A DNA stretch of 64,000 bases from Nannocystis bainbridge (GTDB lineage: Bacteria; Myxococcota_A; Polyangia; Nannocystales; Nannocystaceae): the NCBI RefSeq assembly GCF_028368995.1, contig NZ_JAQNDL010000002.1:320001-384000 (forward strand), written 5' to 3'. The notes beneath the pieces were generated by a model. That model was not told the DNA's origin. It saw only the letters and a list, made by a program, of their open reading frames with translations, and searched no databases. Position numbers and translations under genes: made by a program. Each line of letters starts with the position of its first letter. Position 1 is the first letter of the stretch. Positions 18,158 through 27,937 of the stretch are shown piece after piece.

Positions 18158-20407
18158 TCAGCGCGGTCGCTGCAGCTCGGCGAGGGCGCGCCCCAGGACC
18201 TCGTCACGGCCGGCGCGCACGCCGGCGATGGTGGAAGAGACGGCCACGTCGGGCGTGAGCGGGGTGTAGGGATCGCCGCCGCTGGCGCGCGCCTGGGCAG
18301 CGCGGGTGAAGCTGACGACCAGGCCGCCCGGCAGGCGGAACGGCTGCCCGTCGAAGCTGCCGCCGGCCGTGTCGCTGCCGACGAGCAGGGCGCCGTGGCG
18401 CGCGCGCAGGGCGTCGGCCACCGGCTCGACGTTCCGCGTCGCGCCGGCGTCGACGAGGATGGCGAGGCGGGCAGGCCAGGCCGGCGGGTCGGCGTGGGAC
18501 AGCTGGCGCAGCTCGTCCCACGCGTGCTGGCCCCCGGGCCAGGTGGTGTGGCGGTCGACGACGGTCTGCGGCGCGAGCAGGTGACGGGCGAGCGGATCGC
18601 CGACCCCACCGCGGAGATCGAGGACCGCGGCGTCGGCACGGGCGAGGCGCGCGGCGGGGAGGTCGGCGAGTTCGAGCCCGGACAGGTCGAGGTAAAGCAC
18701 GCCGGGGGCGAGCTCGCGGACCCCGGGGCCGACGTGGAGCTGCGGCGCGAGGGCGACCGGGACGGTGGCGACGGCGACCTCGCGCGCCGTGCCGTCGACG
18801 CCGCGGACCACGAGCTGACGCGGCACGCCGGTCTGGCCGCGAGCCAGCCGCGACAGCGCCCACAGCGTGCGCCGCTGCTCGCTGGCGCCGGGGGCGGTGG
18901 CGCGGGCGTCCGCCAGGGTCTCGGCGATGGCGACGCCGTCGAGGGCGAGGACGACGTCGCCGACGCGCAGATCGGGGGCGCGCGCGGGATCGACGGCGGT
19001 GATGACGACCTGTCCTTCGAGCCAGGTCCAGCGCAGGGCCAGGCGGTGGCCGAGCTCGACGTCGTTGTCGACGTGGACCTGGCCGGCGGTGTCGCCGACG
19101 GCGGCGAGGAGCTGCCAGACGACCTCGCGCAGCCCGAAGCGATCGCGGGCGACGGCGGCGCGGGAGAAGCTGTCCCGTAGGACATGTTCCCAGGCGGCGC
19201 TGCTTCGGGCCACGTGGGGCGAGAACTGGGTCATGTGCGCGCCGAGCAGGGCGATCGCGGTCAGGCGGGTCAGGCGGTCGGCGAGGTCGGGGCTGAACTC
19301 GGGCGGCCGGGCCAGCGGCAGGTCGGGGCGCGACGGCGGGGGCAAGCTGGCGGCGGCGGCCCACACGGCGAACGGCATGGTCGCGACGAGGCCGCGGCCG
19401 AGCGCGATCGGGTGGCGGACGGCGGGGTCGGGGACGGGGGTGTCCTCGGGGACATGTTCGAGGAGCCAGCTGCGATCGACGCGCTCGCTGGTGGGCCCGT
19501 GACGCCACACGAGCGCGCGCTCGGCCGCGTCGGGGCGGGCGATGGGCGTGAGGTCGGGGGCGCCGAGGCCGACGCGCAGCAGCGGGGCCCGCGGCTGGAA
19601 GGCCCGCTCGAGCGCGGCGGCCAGGGCGGCCGGACTCTCGGCGCGCAGCGCCGCCTGGACGCCGGCGAGCGCGAGCCGGTTCCAGCGGGCGCCCCCGGCC
19701 TCGTCGCCGGGATAAAACGATCGGACATGTCGCAAGAGCCAGGTGTAAGCGAGCAGGTTGTCGAGCTCGCGGGCGGTGAGCGGAGCCGGCGGTTCGCAGC
19801 CGGGGCAGGCCGGGCCCACGCGCTCGAGGGTGACGCCGTCGAGCTCGACGCGCGTTGCGCCGCCGAGGCGGACGGTGAGATCGAGGTGGTCGGCGTCGAC
19901 GGGGACGTCGAACACGAGGTCGCGCAGGGCCCAGCGGTGGTCGTCGAGGCGGATCGCGGCGCCGTCGACGACGCGCTGGTGCTCGCCGACGCGGGCGCGC
20001 AGCTCGAGAACAGGCGAGGCGCCGGTCTGCCGCTCGACGCGGGCATAGGCGAACAGGCGCACGCGCTGGCCGCGGAGGTCGTCGGTGGGGACGAGCCGGG
20101 TGAGCCGAGCGTCGCGCGGGAAGCCGTCCGGCGGGGCAGAGAGGGCGATCGCAGCGCAGCCGTCGAGGCCGGGCAGGAGCTCGCGGGCGGTGCCGTCGGC
20201 GTCGAGCAGGCTCCATCCGGCCAGCGGATCGGGGCGGGCCTCGAAGCTGCCGTTGGCGAGCGGGACGCCGCCGATCGCGGTCGGTCCGCAGGCGTAGGAG
20301 AGGGTGGCCGATGGGACATGTTCTTCGGGGCAGGTGTCGTCGCAGGCGAGCACGCCGAGCGCAGCGAGGAGCATGAGGAGGCGGGACGGAAGCAGGGACG
20401 GCATCAT
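18158..20407 (-). CDS. S41-peptidase-like lipoprotein (CBM-like, PDZ and tail-specific protease domain), probably degenerate
   Basis: Lipobox VLAC, NGSFE carbohydrate-binding-like domain, PDZ (LRVGDVVLALDG), VLDLRGG, LVGSDTAGG, PDVAV. Confidence 0.7.
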   Translation of the reverse strand: MMPSLLPSRLLMLLAALGVLACDDTCPEEHVPSATLSYACGPTAIGGVPLANGSFEARPDPLAGWSLLDADGTARELLPGLDGCAAIALSAPPDGFPRDARLTRLVPTDDLRGQRVRLFAYARVERQTGASPVLELRARVGEHQRVVDGAAIRLDDHRWALRDLVFDVPVDADHLDLTVRLGGATRVELDGVTLERVGPACPGCEPPAPLTARELDNLLAYTWLLRHVRSFYPGDEAGGARWNRLALAGVQAALRAESPAALAAALERAFQPRAPLLRVGLGAPDLTPIARPDAAERALVWRHGPTSERVDRSWLLEHVPEDTPVPDPAVRHPIALGRGLVATMPFAVWAAAASLPPPSRPDLPLARPPEFSPDLADRLTRLTAIALLGAHMTQFSPHVARSSAAWEHVLRDSFSRAAVARDRFGLREVVWQLLAAVGDTAGQVHVDNDVELGHRLALRWTWLEGQVVITAVDPARAPDLRVGDVVLALDGVAIAETLADARATAPGASEQRRTLWALSRLARGQTGVPRQLVVRGVDGTAREVAVATVPVALAPQLHVGPGVRELAPGVLYLDLSGLELADLPAARLARADAAVLDLRGGVGDPLARHLLAPQTVVDRHTTWPGGQHAWDELRQLSHADPPAWPARLAILVDAGATRNVEPVADALRARHGALLVGSDTAGGSFDGQPFRLPGGLVVSFTRAAQARASGGDPYTPLTPDVAVSSTIAGVRAGRDEVLGRALAELQRPR

Positions 20408-20804
20408 TATTAAAACTAAGTCCGGCGAAGGGCGAGGTGAGCACGGTACCACGACCGCGGGCCGTGGAGCGCCCCATGCGGGCCAACCGTGGCTCCATCG
20501 GCAGGCATCTTATGGGTCGCGTGGGCTGCGCCGCTGAACGGTGATATCGACGAGCGATTGTTGCGGCTGTCTGGCCGCGCGCGCGAGCGATGGTGGGCGC
20601 GACGCCTGCATGGGCCCCGAGGCCGCAGGGCGACAGCACACGGGCGGGGCAACTGGCGGCGAGATCCGGGCGCAAGGGCTGCCGCTGCGCCGATGCGGGC
20701 GGGGCGAGTTGGTGGCCCTGCGTGGACGTGAGGGCGAAGCTCGCGTCGCGGCGCTGGCGGGCGCTGAGCCGCGGGCGCAGCGGTGCGCGCCTGGGCGATC
20801 CAGG

Positions 20805-21004
20805 CGCGCGCCGCTGCTTCGTCGCGCGTGGTCCCAAATGCATGTCTTTGGGGACATGCCCTCGGGGTCATATGGACGGCGCGTTCAATGTCGTTATTTC
20901 AGGGGCGCGCCGCTGCTTCGTCGCACGTGGTCCCAGAGTCATGTCTTTGGGGACATGACCTCGGGTGCATGTGGGTGGATCGGTCGATGTCGTGTCATTT
21001 CGGG
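20805..21004. repeat. 99-bp intergenic tandem duplication, each copy with a phased element array
   Basis: GCGCGCCGCTGCTTCGTCGCRCGTGGTCCCA...CATGTCTTTGGGGACATG occurs twice; perfect units at 20843 and 20942. Confidence 0.85.
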
Positions 21005-21423
21005 ATTGGTGGGTGGCCGAATGTTCTCAGGGTCGACTGGCAGATCCGTTTCGGCTATGAACGACTGTCTCATTCGCAGGGCGACGCGGGATTCGGCGCT
21101 GACGGCTCCGGCGCGGGCGACGATCGCGGGCTGGCGAACGGCATTGATGGCAGTCGGCGAGGCGGTCGCAGCGGCCGAATCAATGCTCGTTCGGGCGGTT
21201 CTCCGCGCGCCCCGCCGGGGCCGCGGGGTCCAGGCAATTCCCGCGAATTCGTGGCTGGGAGGGGGGCAGGAGGGCGTCCTTGCGGCAATGGTCGGTATCA
21301 TCCTTTGCGCTTCGCCACACCGCAGCTTTGCCTACCCGGGACTACCAACCAATAGTTCGACCGGAAGAGCTCAGGCGGGATTGCCCCGCCGGCTGCTTTC
21401 GAGTCAGAGAAAGGAACCCTCCC

Positions 21424-22608
21424 ATGTTGCGTACCATTCTTGTATTGTTCCCCGCGCTCGCGTTTTCGCTGCCCGTCACGGCGACGGCCGCGGACGAAGC
21501 CCGGTGGGGCGGTAGTCATCAGGGCTACGGTCAGAACGAATTGCTCGAGCTCGAGACCTGCTTGGCCGACGTGGAGCAGCTGACCCAGAACCGTTCGTGC
21601 ACGATCCTCGACGAGGAGGAGTGCCTCGCCGCGTGCGACGTGGCGGCGGACTCCGAAGACGCCAATCGGTCCTGCCGCAGCTCGTGCGTCGACGCGGGCG
21701 TGGCGGTGTGTGAGCGCTGGGGCGGCAGCCAGGGCTTCGACCAGCACCAGGGCGTGATGCCGGGCAAACCCACCGGGCCGGGCGTTGACCTGACGCCGGA
21801 CCAGAACGTCGGCCAAGGCTTCGGCAAGGACATGGGCCAGGGCTTCGGCAAGGACGTCGGCAAGATCGAGCAGGAGCTGCTGCAGGAGCTCGAGCAGGAC
21901 CTCGACCAGAACATCGGCAAGATGGTCGAGCAGGACATCATCCAGGAGCTCGAGCAGGACATCGTCCAGGACCTGGACCAGAACATCGGCAAGAACGTCG
22001 GCAAGCTCGAGCAGGAGCTCGAGCAGGACATCCTGCAGGATCTGGAGCAGGACCTCGACCAGACGATCGGCAAGGACGTCGGCAAGAACGTCGGCAAGCT
22101 CGAGCACGAGCTCGAGCAGGACATCCTGCAGGAGCTCGAGCAGGACCTGGGTCAGACGATCGGCAAGGACATGGGTCAGACGATCGGCAAGCCGGGCTTC
22201 GGCAAGCGCTGGGGTAACCAGGGCTACGGCCAGCAGGGCTACGACCAGGGCTTCGGCAAGGATGTCGACCAGGGCTTCGGCAAGGACGTCGACCAGGGCT
22301 TCGGCAAGGACGTCGACCAGGGCTTCGGCAAGGACGTCGACCAGGGCTTCGGCAAGGACGTCGGGCAGGGCTTCGGCAAGGACGTCGGCCAGGGCTTCGG
22401 CAAGGACCAGACCATCGGCAAGCCGGGCTACGGCAAGCGCTGGGGCAAGCCCGGCTACAACCAGGGCTTCGGCAAGGAGCCGACGCCGGTCACCCCGGGC
22501 CAGTACGATCAGGAGCTGATCTACGTGCTCGGCTCGGAGTGCGCGATGCTGGTGCTCGACCAGACGCAGGGCGTCGGTAAGGGCGTCGGCAAGCACGTCG
22601 GCAAGTGA
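21424..22608 (+). CDS. Secreted Gln/Lys/Asp-rich repeat protein
   Basis: Signal peptide, Cys-containing N-domain, xEQD/xxGK tetrapeptide repeats and ten QGFGK units. Confidence 0.8.
   Translation: MLRTILVLFPALAFSLPVTATAADEARWGGSHQGYGQNELLELETCLADVEQLTQNRSCTILDEEECLAACDVAADSEDANRSCRSSCVDAGVAVCERWGGSQGFDQHQGVMPGKPTGPGVDLTPDQNVGQGFGKDMGQGFGKDVGKIEQELLQELEQDLDQNIGKMVEQDIIQELEQDIVQDLDQNIGKNVGKLEQELEQDILQDLEQDLDQTIGKDVGKNVGKLEHELEQDILQELEQDLGQTIGKDMGQTIGKPGFGKRWGNQGYGQQGYDQGFGKDVDQGFGKDVDQGFGKDVDQGFGKDVDQGFGKDVGQGFGKDVGQGFGKDQTIGKPGYGKRWGKPGYNQGFGKEPTPVTPGQYDQELIYVLGSECAMLVLDQTQGVGKGVGKHVGK
22243..22408 (+). repeat. Coding 24-bp tandem repeat (7 copies, DQGFGKDV type)
   Basis: GACCAGGGCTTCGGCAAGGACGTC repeated in frame. 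Confidence 0.9.
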
Positions 22609-22665
22609 GCCGACCTCGGCGGGTCGCCCGGACGATCGCTCGACGATCGCCGGGGACCCGCCGCG

Positions 22666-22700
22666 AGCGGAGCGCTCGAGGGTCTCTCGAGCGCTCCGCT
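22666..22700 (+). terminator. Strong hairpin downstream of the repeat protein
   Basis: AGCGGAGCGCTCGAG-GGTCT-CTCGAGCGCTCCGCT, a 15-bp perfect stem with no U-tract. Confidence 0.55.
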
Positions 22701-23199
22701 GCGGGCGGCGAAGCGTTCGCCGCCCGTGATCCGCTGAAACCCGCGAGTCCCCGCGCCACAGCCGGCGCAGCGCCCGAGCGGCAGATCGAGCGCCCCTTCG
22801 GACTCGCACGACCCCCGCGGCAGACATCTCCCGCGGCCTCGATTCCACAACCGGCGACCCGTCACGCTGACCTCGACTCGATGGATCGCCCGCCGGTCTC
22901 CTCCGTGCGGCTCTTGCTGCGTCGCGCTCGCCTGTCGTCTCGGCGAGTCGATTCCGCCACCGTCGCACTGCCGTCATTGTCCGGACCGATGGATCGGTCC
23001 TGTGAATCGCGCTCACGCAGGGGACCGCTCCGGCGGCCCTCTCCGCGCCACGAGACGAGAGGAGAATCATGCGAGGCAGGCGCTTGACGCCGCGTGACGA
23101 CCACGCCGCCTCGATGTCGCTCCCGAGGACCCAGCGGCGATCCTGCCGCTGACGACGACGGAGAACGTGCGAATCGGTCAGACCATTTCGAGGTGTCTC

Positions 23200-24456
23200 A
23201 TGTCATTCACGATTCTATCCTCTTTCTCCGCGAGCCGTCTCGCGGGCCGCCTCACTCTCCGCGCCGCGTTGATGCTCGCCGCGCCGTTTTCGCCGCTGAT
23301 CGCCTGCGACGAGCCGGTCGACGAGCTCGACGAGGTCACCGCCGACGAGGACGAGCCGGCGCTCACCGAGGAGCAGGAGGAGGCGCTGCTGTACCGCGAG
23401 GGTTGGTCCAAGGCGGATGACCCGCGCCTCCTCAGCAAGGACTTCAACTATGGGTTCCACGAGCTGCCGACCACGGGCTGGGCGCAGCGCGTGCCGTGGC
23501 CGGGCTATTACTGGCCGACCTACAACGACAGCATCAACTACCGCTGGGCCGGCGCGAAGGTCCGCTCGCCAGCGGAGAAGTACGGGGCCGCGTTCGGCCG
23601 CGCGGGGGTCGGGACGGTCATCTCCAACCGCTTCGGCGTCGGCAGCATCGGCGGCACCCGGGCGTGCAGGTACGACTCCGACTGCGGCAACGTGAACGGC
23701 CGCATGTGCGGGCGCCGGCGCGGCGAGTCGCGCGGCCGCTGCATCGAGACGTGGATGGGCATCTGTCACGCGTGGGCGCCGGCGGCGATCATGGAGCGCG
23801 AGCCCAAGCAGGGCATCTCGTTCAACGGGGTGCGCTTCGAGATCTCGGACCTCAAGGCGCTCATCAGCCTGGTCTACACCGAGGGGCTGTCGGTCCGCTT
23901 CATGTCGCTGCGCTGCAACTCCAAGGGCAGCCTCAAGAGCCAGGCGTGCCGCGACACCAACGCGGGCAGCTTCCACGTCGCGCTGGCCAACCTGCTCGGG
24001 GTCCGCGGCGAGTCGTTCGTGTTTGACCGGACCTACGACCGCGAGGTGTGGAACCACCCGGTGATCGGCTACAAGGTGACGCGCGATCAGGAGGTCTCGG
24101 CGGCGACGGCGAACGACATGATCAGCGGCGGCGGCTCGAAGTACCGCTTCAACCCGCACGCGGTCGAGCTGCGGCGCGTCCGCACCGAGGTCTACTGGAT
24201 CAACGAGGCGGGCCCCGGCTTCAACCAGCAGCTGGTCGACAACGTGGCGACGTTCACGTTCACCGAGGTCTACGACTACATCATCGAGCTCGACGGCGGC
24301 GGCGACATCATCGGCGGCGAGTGGGTCGGGGCGTCGAAGCGCCGCCACCCCGACTTCGTGTGGCGGCCGATGGCGAAGAAGGACACGACGGTGGCGGGCG
24401 CGGTCCGCTACAGCGAGGTCGAGCAGCTGATGCAGCTGGCCGGCGGCGGGATCTGA
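23200..24456 (+). CDS. Transglutaminase-elicitor-family protein (Phytophthora GP42-like), likely lipoprotein
   Basis: PWPGYYWPTYNDSINYRW, SPAEKY, catalytic TWMGICHAW, DTNAGSFHV, EVWNHPV, GGEW and HPDFVW; lipobox LIAC. Confidence 0.85.
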   Translation: MSFTILSSFSASRLAGRLTLRAALMLAAPFSPLIACDEPVDELDEVTADEDEPALTEEQEEALLYREGWSKADDPRLLSKDFNYGFHELPTTGWAQRVPWPGYYWPTYNDSINYRWAGAKVRSPAEKYGAAFGRAGVGTVISNRFGVGSIGGTRACRYDSDCGNVNGRMCGRRRGESRGRCIETWMGICHAWAPAAIMEREPKQGISFNGVRFEISDLKALISLVYTEGLSVRFMSLRCNSKGSLKSQACRDTNAGSFHVALANLLGVRGESFVFDRTYDREVWNHPVIGYKVTRDQEVSAATANDMISGGGSKYRFNPHAVELRRVRTEVYWINEAGPGFNQQLVDNVATFTFTEVYDYIIELDGGGDIIGGEWVGASKRRHPDFVWRPMAKKDTTVAGAVRYSEVEQLMQLAGGGI

Positions 24457-24469
24457 CGCGGGCGGCTCG

Positions 24470-24496
24470 CCGGACCGCGCGTCACTCGCGGTCCGG
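24470..24496 (+). terminator. Hairpin after the transglutaminase gene
   Basis: CCGGACCGCG-N7-CGCGGTCCGG. Confidence 0.5.
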
Positions 24497-24795
24497 GCCG
24501 CGCCCGTGACCAGGATGACGGCAGCCCGATTCGCATGATTGCGGATCGGGCTGCCGTCATTCGTGCGTCCGACATGGAGGCCCTCGCGCCGTCGTCTGCG
24601 CGGGAGACCCGTGGATGTCCCCGCGGCGAGCGCGGCGCGGCGCGGCCGGAGGGACGGCCGGGCGGCCGAATCGGGGCGGCTCGGAGGCGTTCGGCCCGGG
24701 CGCCGGTCGGCGCGATCGTGCCCGCGCGAGCGCGGCTCGGCGGCGCCGCGGCGATCCATCACCGCCGTGTTGGTGCGGTGCGGTAAGGTGACGCC

Positions 24796-25914
24796 ATGTT
24801 GAGAATCTGCTCCTTGAAAATTGTTCAATCGTATTTGCCCGTGGCCGTGATGTCGCTGCTCGCCGGCGGATGTCCGGATTCGGGCAACCCCGGCAGCGCG
24901 TCGGCGACCGAGACCTCGACCGGGACCGGGACCGCGACCGATCCGACCACCGGCAACGTGGGGCCGACGACGACGACGCAGTCGACCGACGATCCGACCG
25001 GCGGCACCAGCACGGTCGGGACCGAGGGCACCGGGGTGACGACGACCGAGGGGACCTCGACGACGACGCAGGGGGTCGACACCACGACCTCGGACACGAC
25101 GACGAGCACCAGCGAGCCGGGGACCACGACCTCGACGACCGACGACACCTCGACCGCCGCGTCCGAGACCACGAGCTCGACGACGACCACCGGCGGCGAG
25201 ACGACCGAGACGACCGGCGAGCCGGCCAGCGACATCGAGATCGTGATCACGGCCGACAACGCCTACGGGTTCGCGTACGGCACCGACGACAACATCTCGA
25301 TGTACTGGGGCGGGATCGAGAACACCACCGCCGGGCAGATCTTCAACTGCGGCGAGGGGCCCGAGAAGTACGTGGTGCCGGCCGCGGAGGCCGACAGCGC
25401 CAGCTTCCTCTACATCATCGCCTGGGCCGACTCGTCGGTGACGCAGGGCGTGCTGGCCCGGTTCCGCCGCAAGGACGGCGGCGGGGTGTTCGGCGAGGAC
25501 GTGTTCACCGGCACGAAGGGCTGGGAGGTGTGCGCGACCGGGGTCGACTACCAGCCGGGCAGCGGCGGGCCGAGCCTGCAGGTCATCAACGATCACATCG
25601 TCAAGTGTAACCAGGGCGTGCTCGATCCCAACACGACCAGCGTCGGCTGGGTCGACGAGGTCGGGACCCAGTACGGCGCGGTGGCGTTCGGCGAGGACAA
25701 CACGACGCCGTACAACGGCGGGCCGATGGTGGGCAACGAGTTCCCGCTGGTGTGTCCGATGGACATGCCGGCCGAGGCGAAATGGATGTGGTTCGACTGG
25801 GGCAACGTGCAGCCGCCGCAGAGCCCGTTCATGTGGCCGGGCGGCAACGGCAACCCCGATCACCAGTACTTGATCTTCCGCTTCGCGGCGGAGCTGGTGC
25901 CGATCCCGATGTGA
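24796..25914 (+). CDS. Lipoprotein with Thr-rich linker and beta-sandwich/lectin-like domain
   Basis: Lipobox LAGGC, long Thr linker, ITADNAY motif. Confidence 0.75.
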   Translation: MLRICSLKIVQSYLPVAVMSLLAGGCPDSGNPGSASATETSTGTGTATDPTTGNVGPTTTTQSTDDPTGGTSTVGTEGTGVTTTEGTSTTTQGVDTTTSDTTTSTSEPGTTTSTTDDTSTAASETTSSTTTTGGETTETTGEPASDIEIVITADNAYGFAYGTDDNISMYWGGIENTTAGQIFNCGEGPEKYVVPAAEADSASFLYIIAWADSSVTQGVLARFRRKDGGGVFGEDVFTGTKGWEVCATGVDYQPGSGGPSLQVINDHIVKCNQGVLDPNTTSVGWVDEVGTQYGAVAFGEDNTTPYNGGPMVGNEFPLVCPMDMPAEAKWMWFDWGNVQPPQSPFMWPGGNGNPDHQYLIFRFAAELVPIPM

Positions 25915-25927
25915 GCCGGTCGTCGGA

Positions 25928-26038
25928 TGTCCGCAAGGACAGGTCTGTGGGGCCCGGAATGCGGGGCGACCCGGAGCTGTCCGAAAGGACATAGAGGCGA
26001 TTGGCAGGAGCTGGGGACATGTCCTGCGGGACATGTCC
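25928..26038. repeat. Cluster of three perfect TGTCC-N4-GGACA elements
   Basis: Units at 25928, 25978 and 26020, intergenic. Confidence 0.85.
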
Positions 26039-26224
26039 TTCGAAGCCGAGGATTCACCGCGCGGGTCCGGCACGCGTGACAGGGCGCACGGGCTCCGGCG
26101 TCGGGCCGCGCCGCCGGCGGACGTTGCGAGGGCGGGTCGGATTGACTATACCGTGAGCACGTCTGGCGGACGCAAAGTGCCCCCAATCGCCGCTGCGCGA
26201 CCGGGTAACCCCGAGGGAGGACAC

Positions 26225-26869
26225 ATGAAGACCACCGACGTCGTTCGAGGCTATGATTTGTGGGCGTCCACGTACGACCGCATCGACAACCCGCTGGTTG
26301 CGATGACGGCAGTGGCGATGCGGCGCTGGCACCCGACGGGGCGCCGCGTGCTGGAGCTCGGATGCGGGACGGGGCGCAACGCGCCGTTCCTGCTCGAGCG
26401 CGGGTTCGAGGCGTACGTCGGCGTCGACGTGTCGCCGGGGATGCTGGCCGAGGCGGCGCGGCGCGTGCCCGACCCGCGGGCGCGCTTCGTCGAGCGCGAC
26501 GCGGCCGAGGCGCTGGAGCTGGGCGATTTCGACGGGGCGCTGCTGAGCCTCGTGCTCGAGCACGCCGAGGACGTGGCGCCGCTGCTGGCCTCGGCGGCGC
26601 GGGCGGTGCGATCGGGCGGCTGGCTGCACATCTTCGAGATCCACCCGCGCTGGCGGGCCGACGGCGGGCGCGCGCACTTTCAGCACGAGGGCGAGGACCT
26701 GTTCCTGCCGAGCTACCTGCACGACGTCGCGGCGATCCAGGCGGCGATGGGCGACGACTGGACGCTGGTGTCGGCGACCGACTGGTACGCCGATCCGGCC
26801 GCCAGCGCGAAGCTGGCCCGCCGCCGCGGCCAGCCAGTGCTGCTCGAGGTGACGGCGGTGCGCGCGTAG
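26225..26869 (+). CDS. Class I SAM-dependent methyltransferase
   Basis: VLELGCGTGR, GVDVSPGML, SLVLEH; RBS GGAGG. Confidence 0.85.
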   Translation: MKTTDVVRGYDLWASTYDRIDNPLVAMTAVAMRRWHPTGRRVLELGCGTGRNAPFLLERGFEAYVGVDVSPGMLAEAARRVPDPRARFVERDAAEALELGDFDGALLSLVLEHAEDVAPLLASAARAVRSGGWLHIFEIHPRWRADGGRAHFQHEGEDLFLPSYLHDVAAIQAAMGDDWTLVSATDWYADPAASAKLARRRGQPVLLEVTAVRA

Positions 26870-26939
26870 GCGCGCCCGGGAGATGTCCCGAGAGACATGT
26901 GGGTCGATCGCCGGCCCGCGCGCGGGTATCGTCGCCGTC

Positions 26940-27929
26940 GTGACGGGACGAGGCGCGCGGGCGGCGATCGTGGCGATGGGCGTGGCGCTGCTGGGCACGA
27001 GCCCGGAGGCGGCCGCGGACGCGGTGATCTACGACGACGAGAGCCTCGTGGAGGTGCCGACCGAGATCGTGGTGCGCGGGGTCGATGCGCTCGGTGACGT
27101 GATGCTCGTGGTGTATCCGTACCCGTGCGTGCTGGGCGGCGCGATCACGCGGTTGGAGAAGGCGCTGGCGAGCGACCCGGACGCGAAGATCGAGGGATCG
27201 CCGGAGGAGGAAGAGGGTCGCGGTTACCACGTGGTCCGCGAGGGCGCGGCGTTCGCGAGCCTCAGCAATTACGAGGGGCCGTACAACCTCTGCTATTTCT
27301 TCGGCCTGCCGCGCGCGGCCTTCCCCGAGCAGGACGGGGCGATCGCACGGCTCGAGGAGCTGTCCGACGGGGGCCGCTGGCGGCTGTTCTCGCGCGACCC
27401 CGCGGTGCTGCGGACCGGGGTGCCGCTGGCGATGGCGGGGCTGAAGAAATCGCCGGGGGCTCCGCGCTCGCGGGTGGTGTCGTACGCGGCGCGACTGGTC
27501 GACGGGGTGCTGAAGATCGAGGCGACCGAGTGGGCGTGGACGACGAAGAAGAACGGCCGTGTGCGGCGCGAGGACCCGCGCAAGCTGTCGCGCGAGGCGC
27601 TGCTCGCGGTCGAGCCGCACGACGAGCTCGATCTGGTCGAGGAGCAGCCGTGGTTCGCGGGGTCGCTGGCCCAGGTGGCGGATACGACAGGTCCTGAAGG
27701 ACATGTTGAAAAGGACAGCCTCGATACGAAGGCCGCGGCGGGACCGGCGGTCGCGAGTGGGCCCGCCGTGAAGGCGAGCGCGAGCCCGGGGCCGGTCGCG
27801 GGACCCGGGCAGATCGAGCCGGCGCGGGCGCAGCCGTCGCCTGGCTGGTGGGACAGCCGGCTGTGGTACGGCGGGGCGTGCTTGCTGGTGGCGCTGGGCG
27901 CGGGGCTGGTGCTGCGGCGAGGGCGTTGA
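26940..27929 (+). CDS. Secreted protein with C-terminal TM/basic sorting-type tail
   Basis: Signal ending EAAA-D; C-terminal hydrophobic helix followed by RRGR. Confidence 0.65.
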   Translation: MTGRGARAAIVAMGVALLGTSPEAAADAVIYDDESLVEVPTEIVVRGVDALGDVMLVVYPYPCVLGGAITRLEKALASDPDAKIEGSPEEEEGRGYHVVREGAAFASLSNYEGPYNLCYFFGLPRAAFPEQDGAIARLEELSDGGRWRLFSRDPAVLRTGVPLAMAGLKKSPGAPRSRVVSYAARLVDGVLKIEATEWAWTTKKNGRVRREDPRKLSREALLAVEPHDELDLVEEQPWFAGSLAQVADTTGPEGHVEKDSLDTKAAAGPAVASGPAVKASASPGPVAGPGQIEPARAQPSPGWWDSRLWYGGACLLVALGAGLVLRRGR

Positions 27930-27937
27930 GGGCGGCG

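Noticed and set aside
20408-21423. Coding ORFs or a riboswitch in the 1-kb intergenic region
   Set aside because: The ORFs lack codon bias and motifs, and I recognised no riboswitch consensus. Only the 99-bp duplication is supported.
22243-22408. 24-bp repeats as CRISPR or iterons
   Set aside because: They are contiguous, have no spacers and lie in frame within a CDS.
25753-25765. TGTCC-GAT-GGACA as a motif copy
   Set aside because: The spacer is 3 nt, so it was left out of the perfect-match count.
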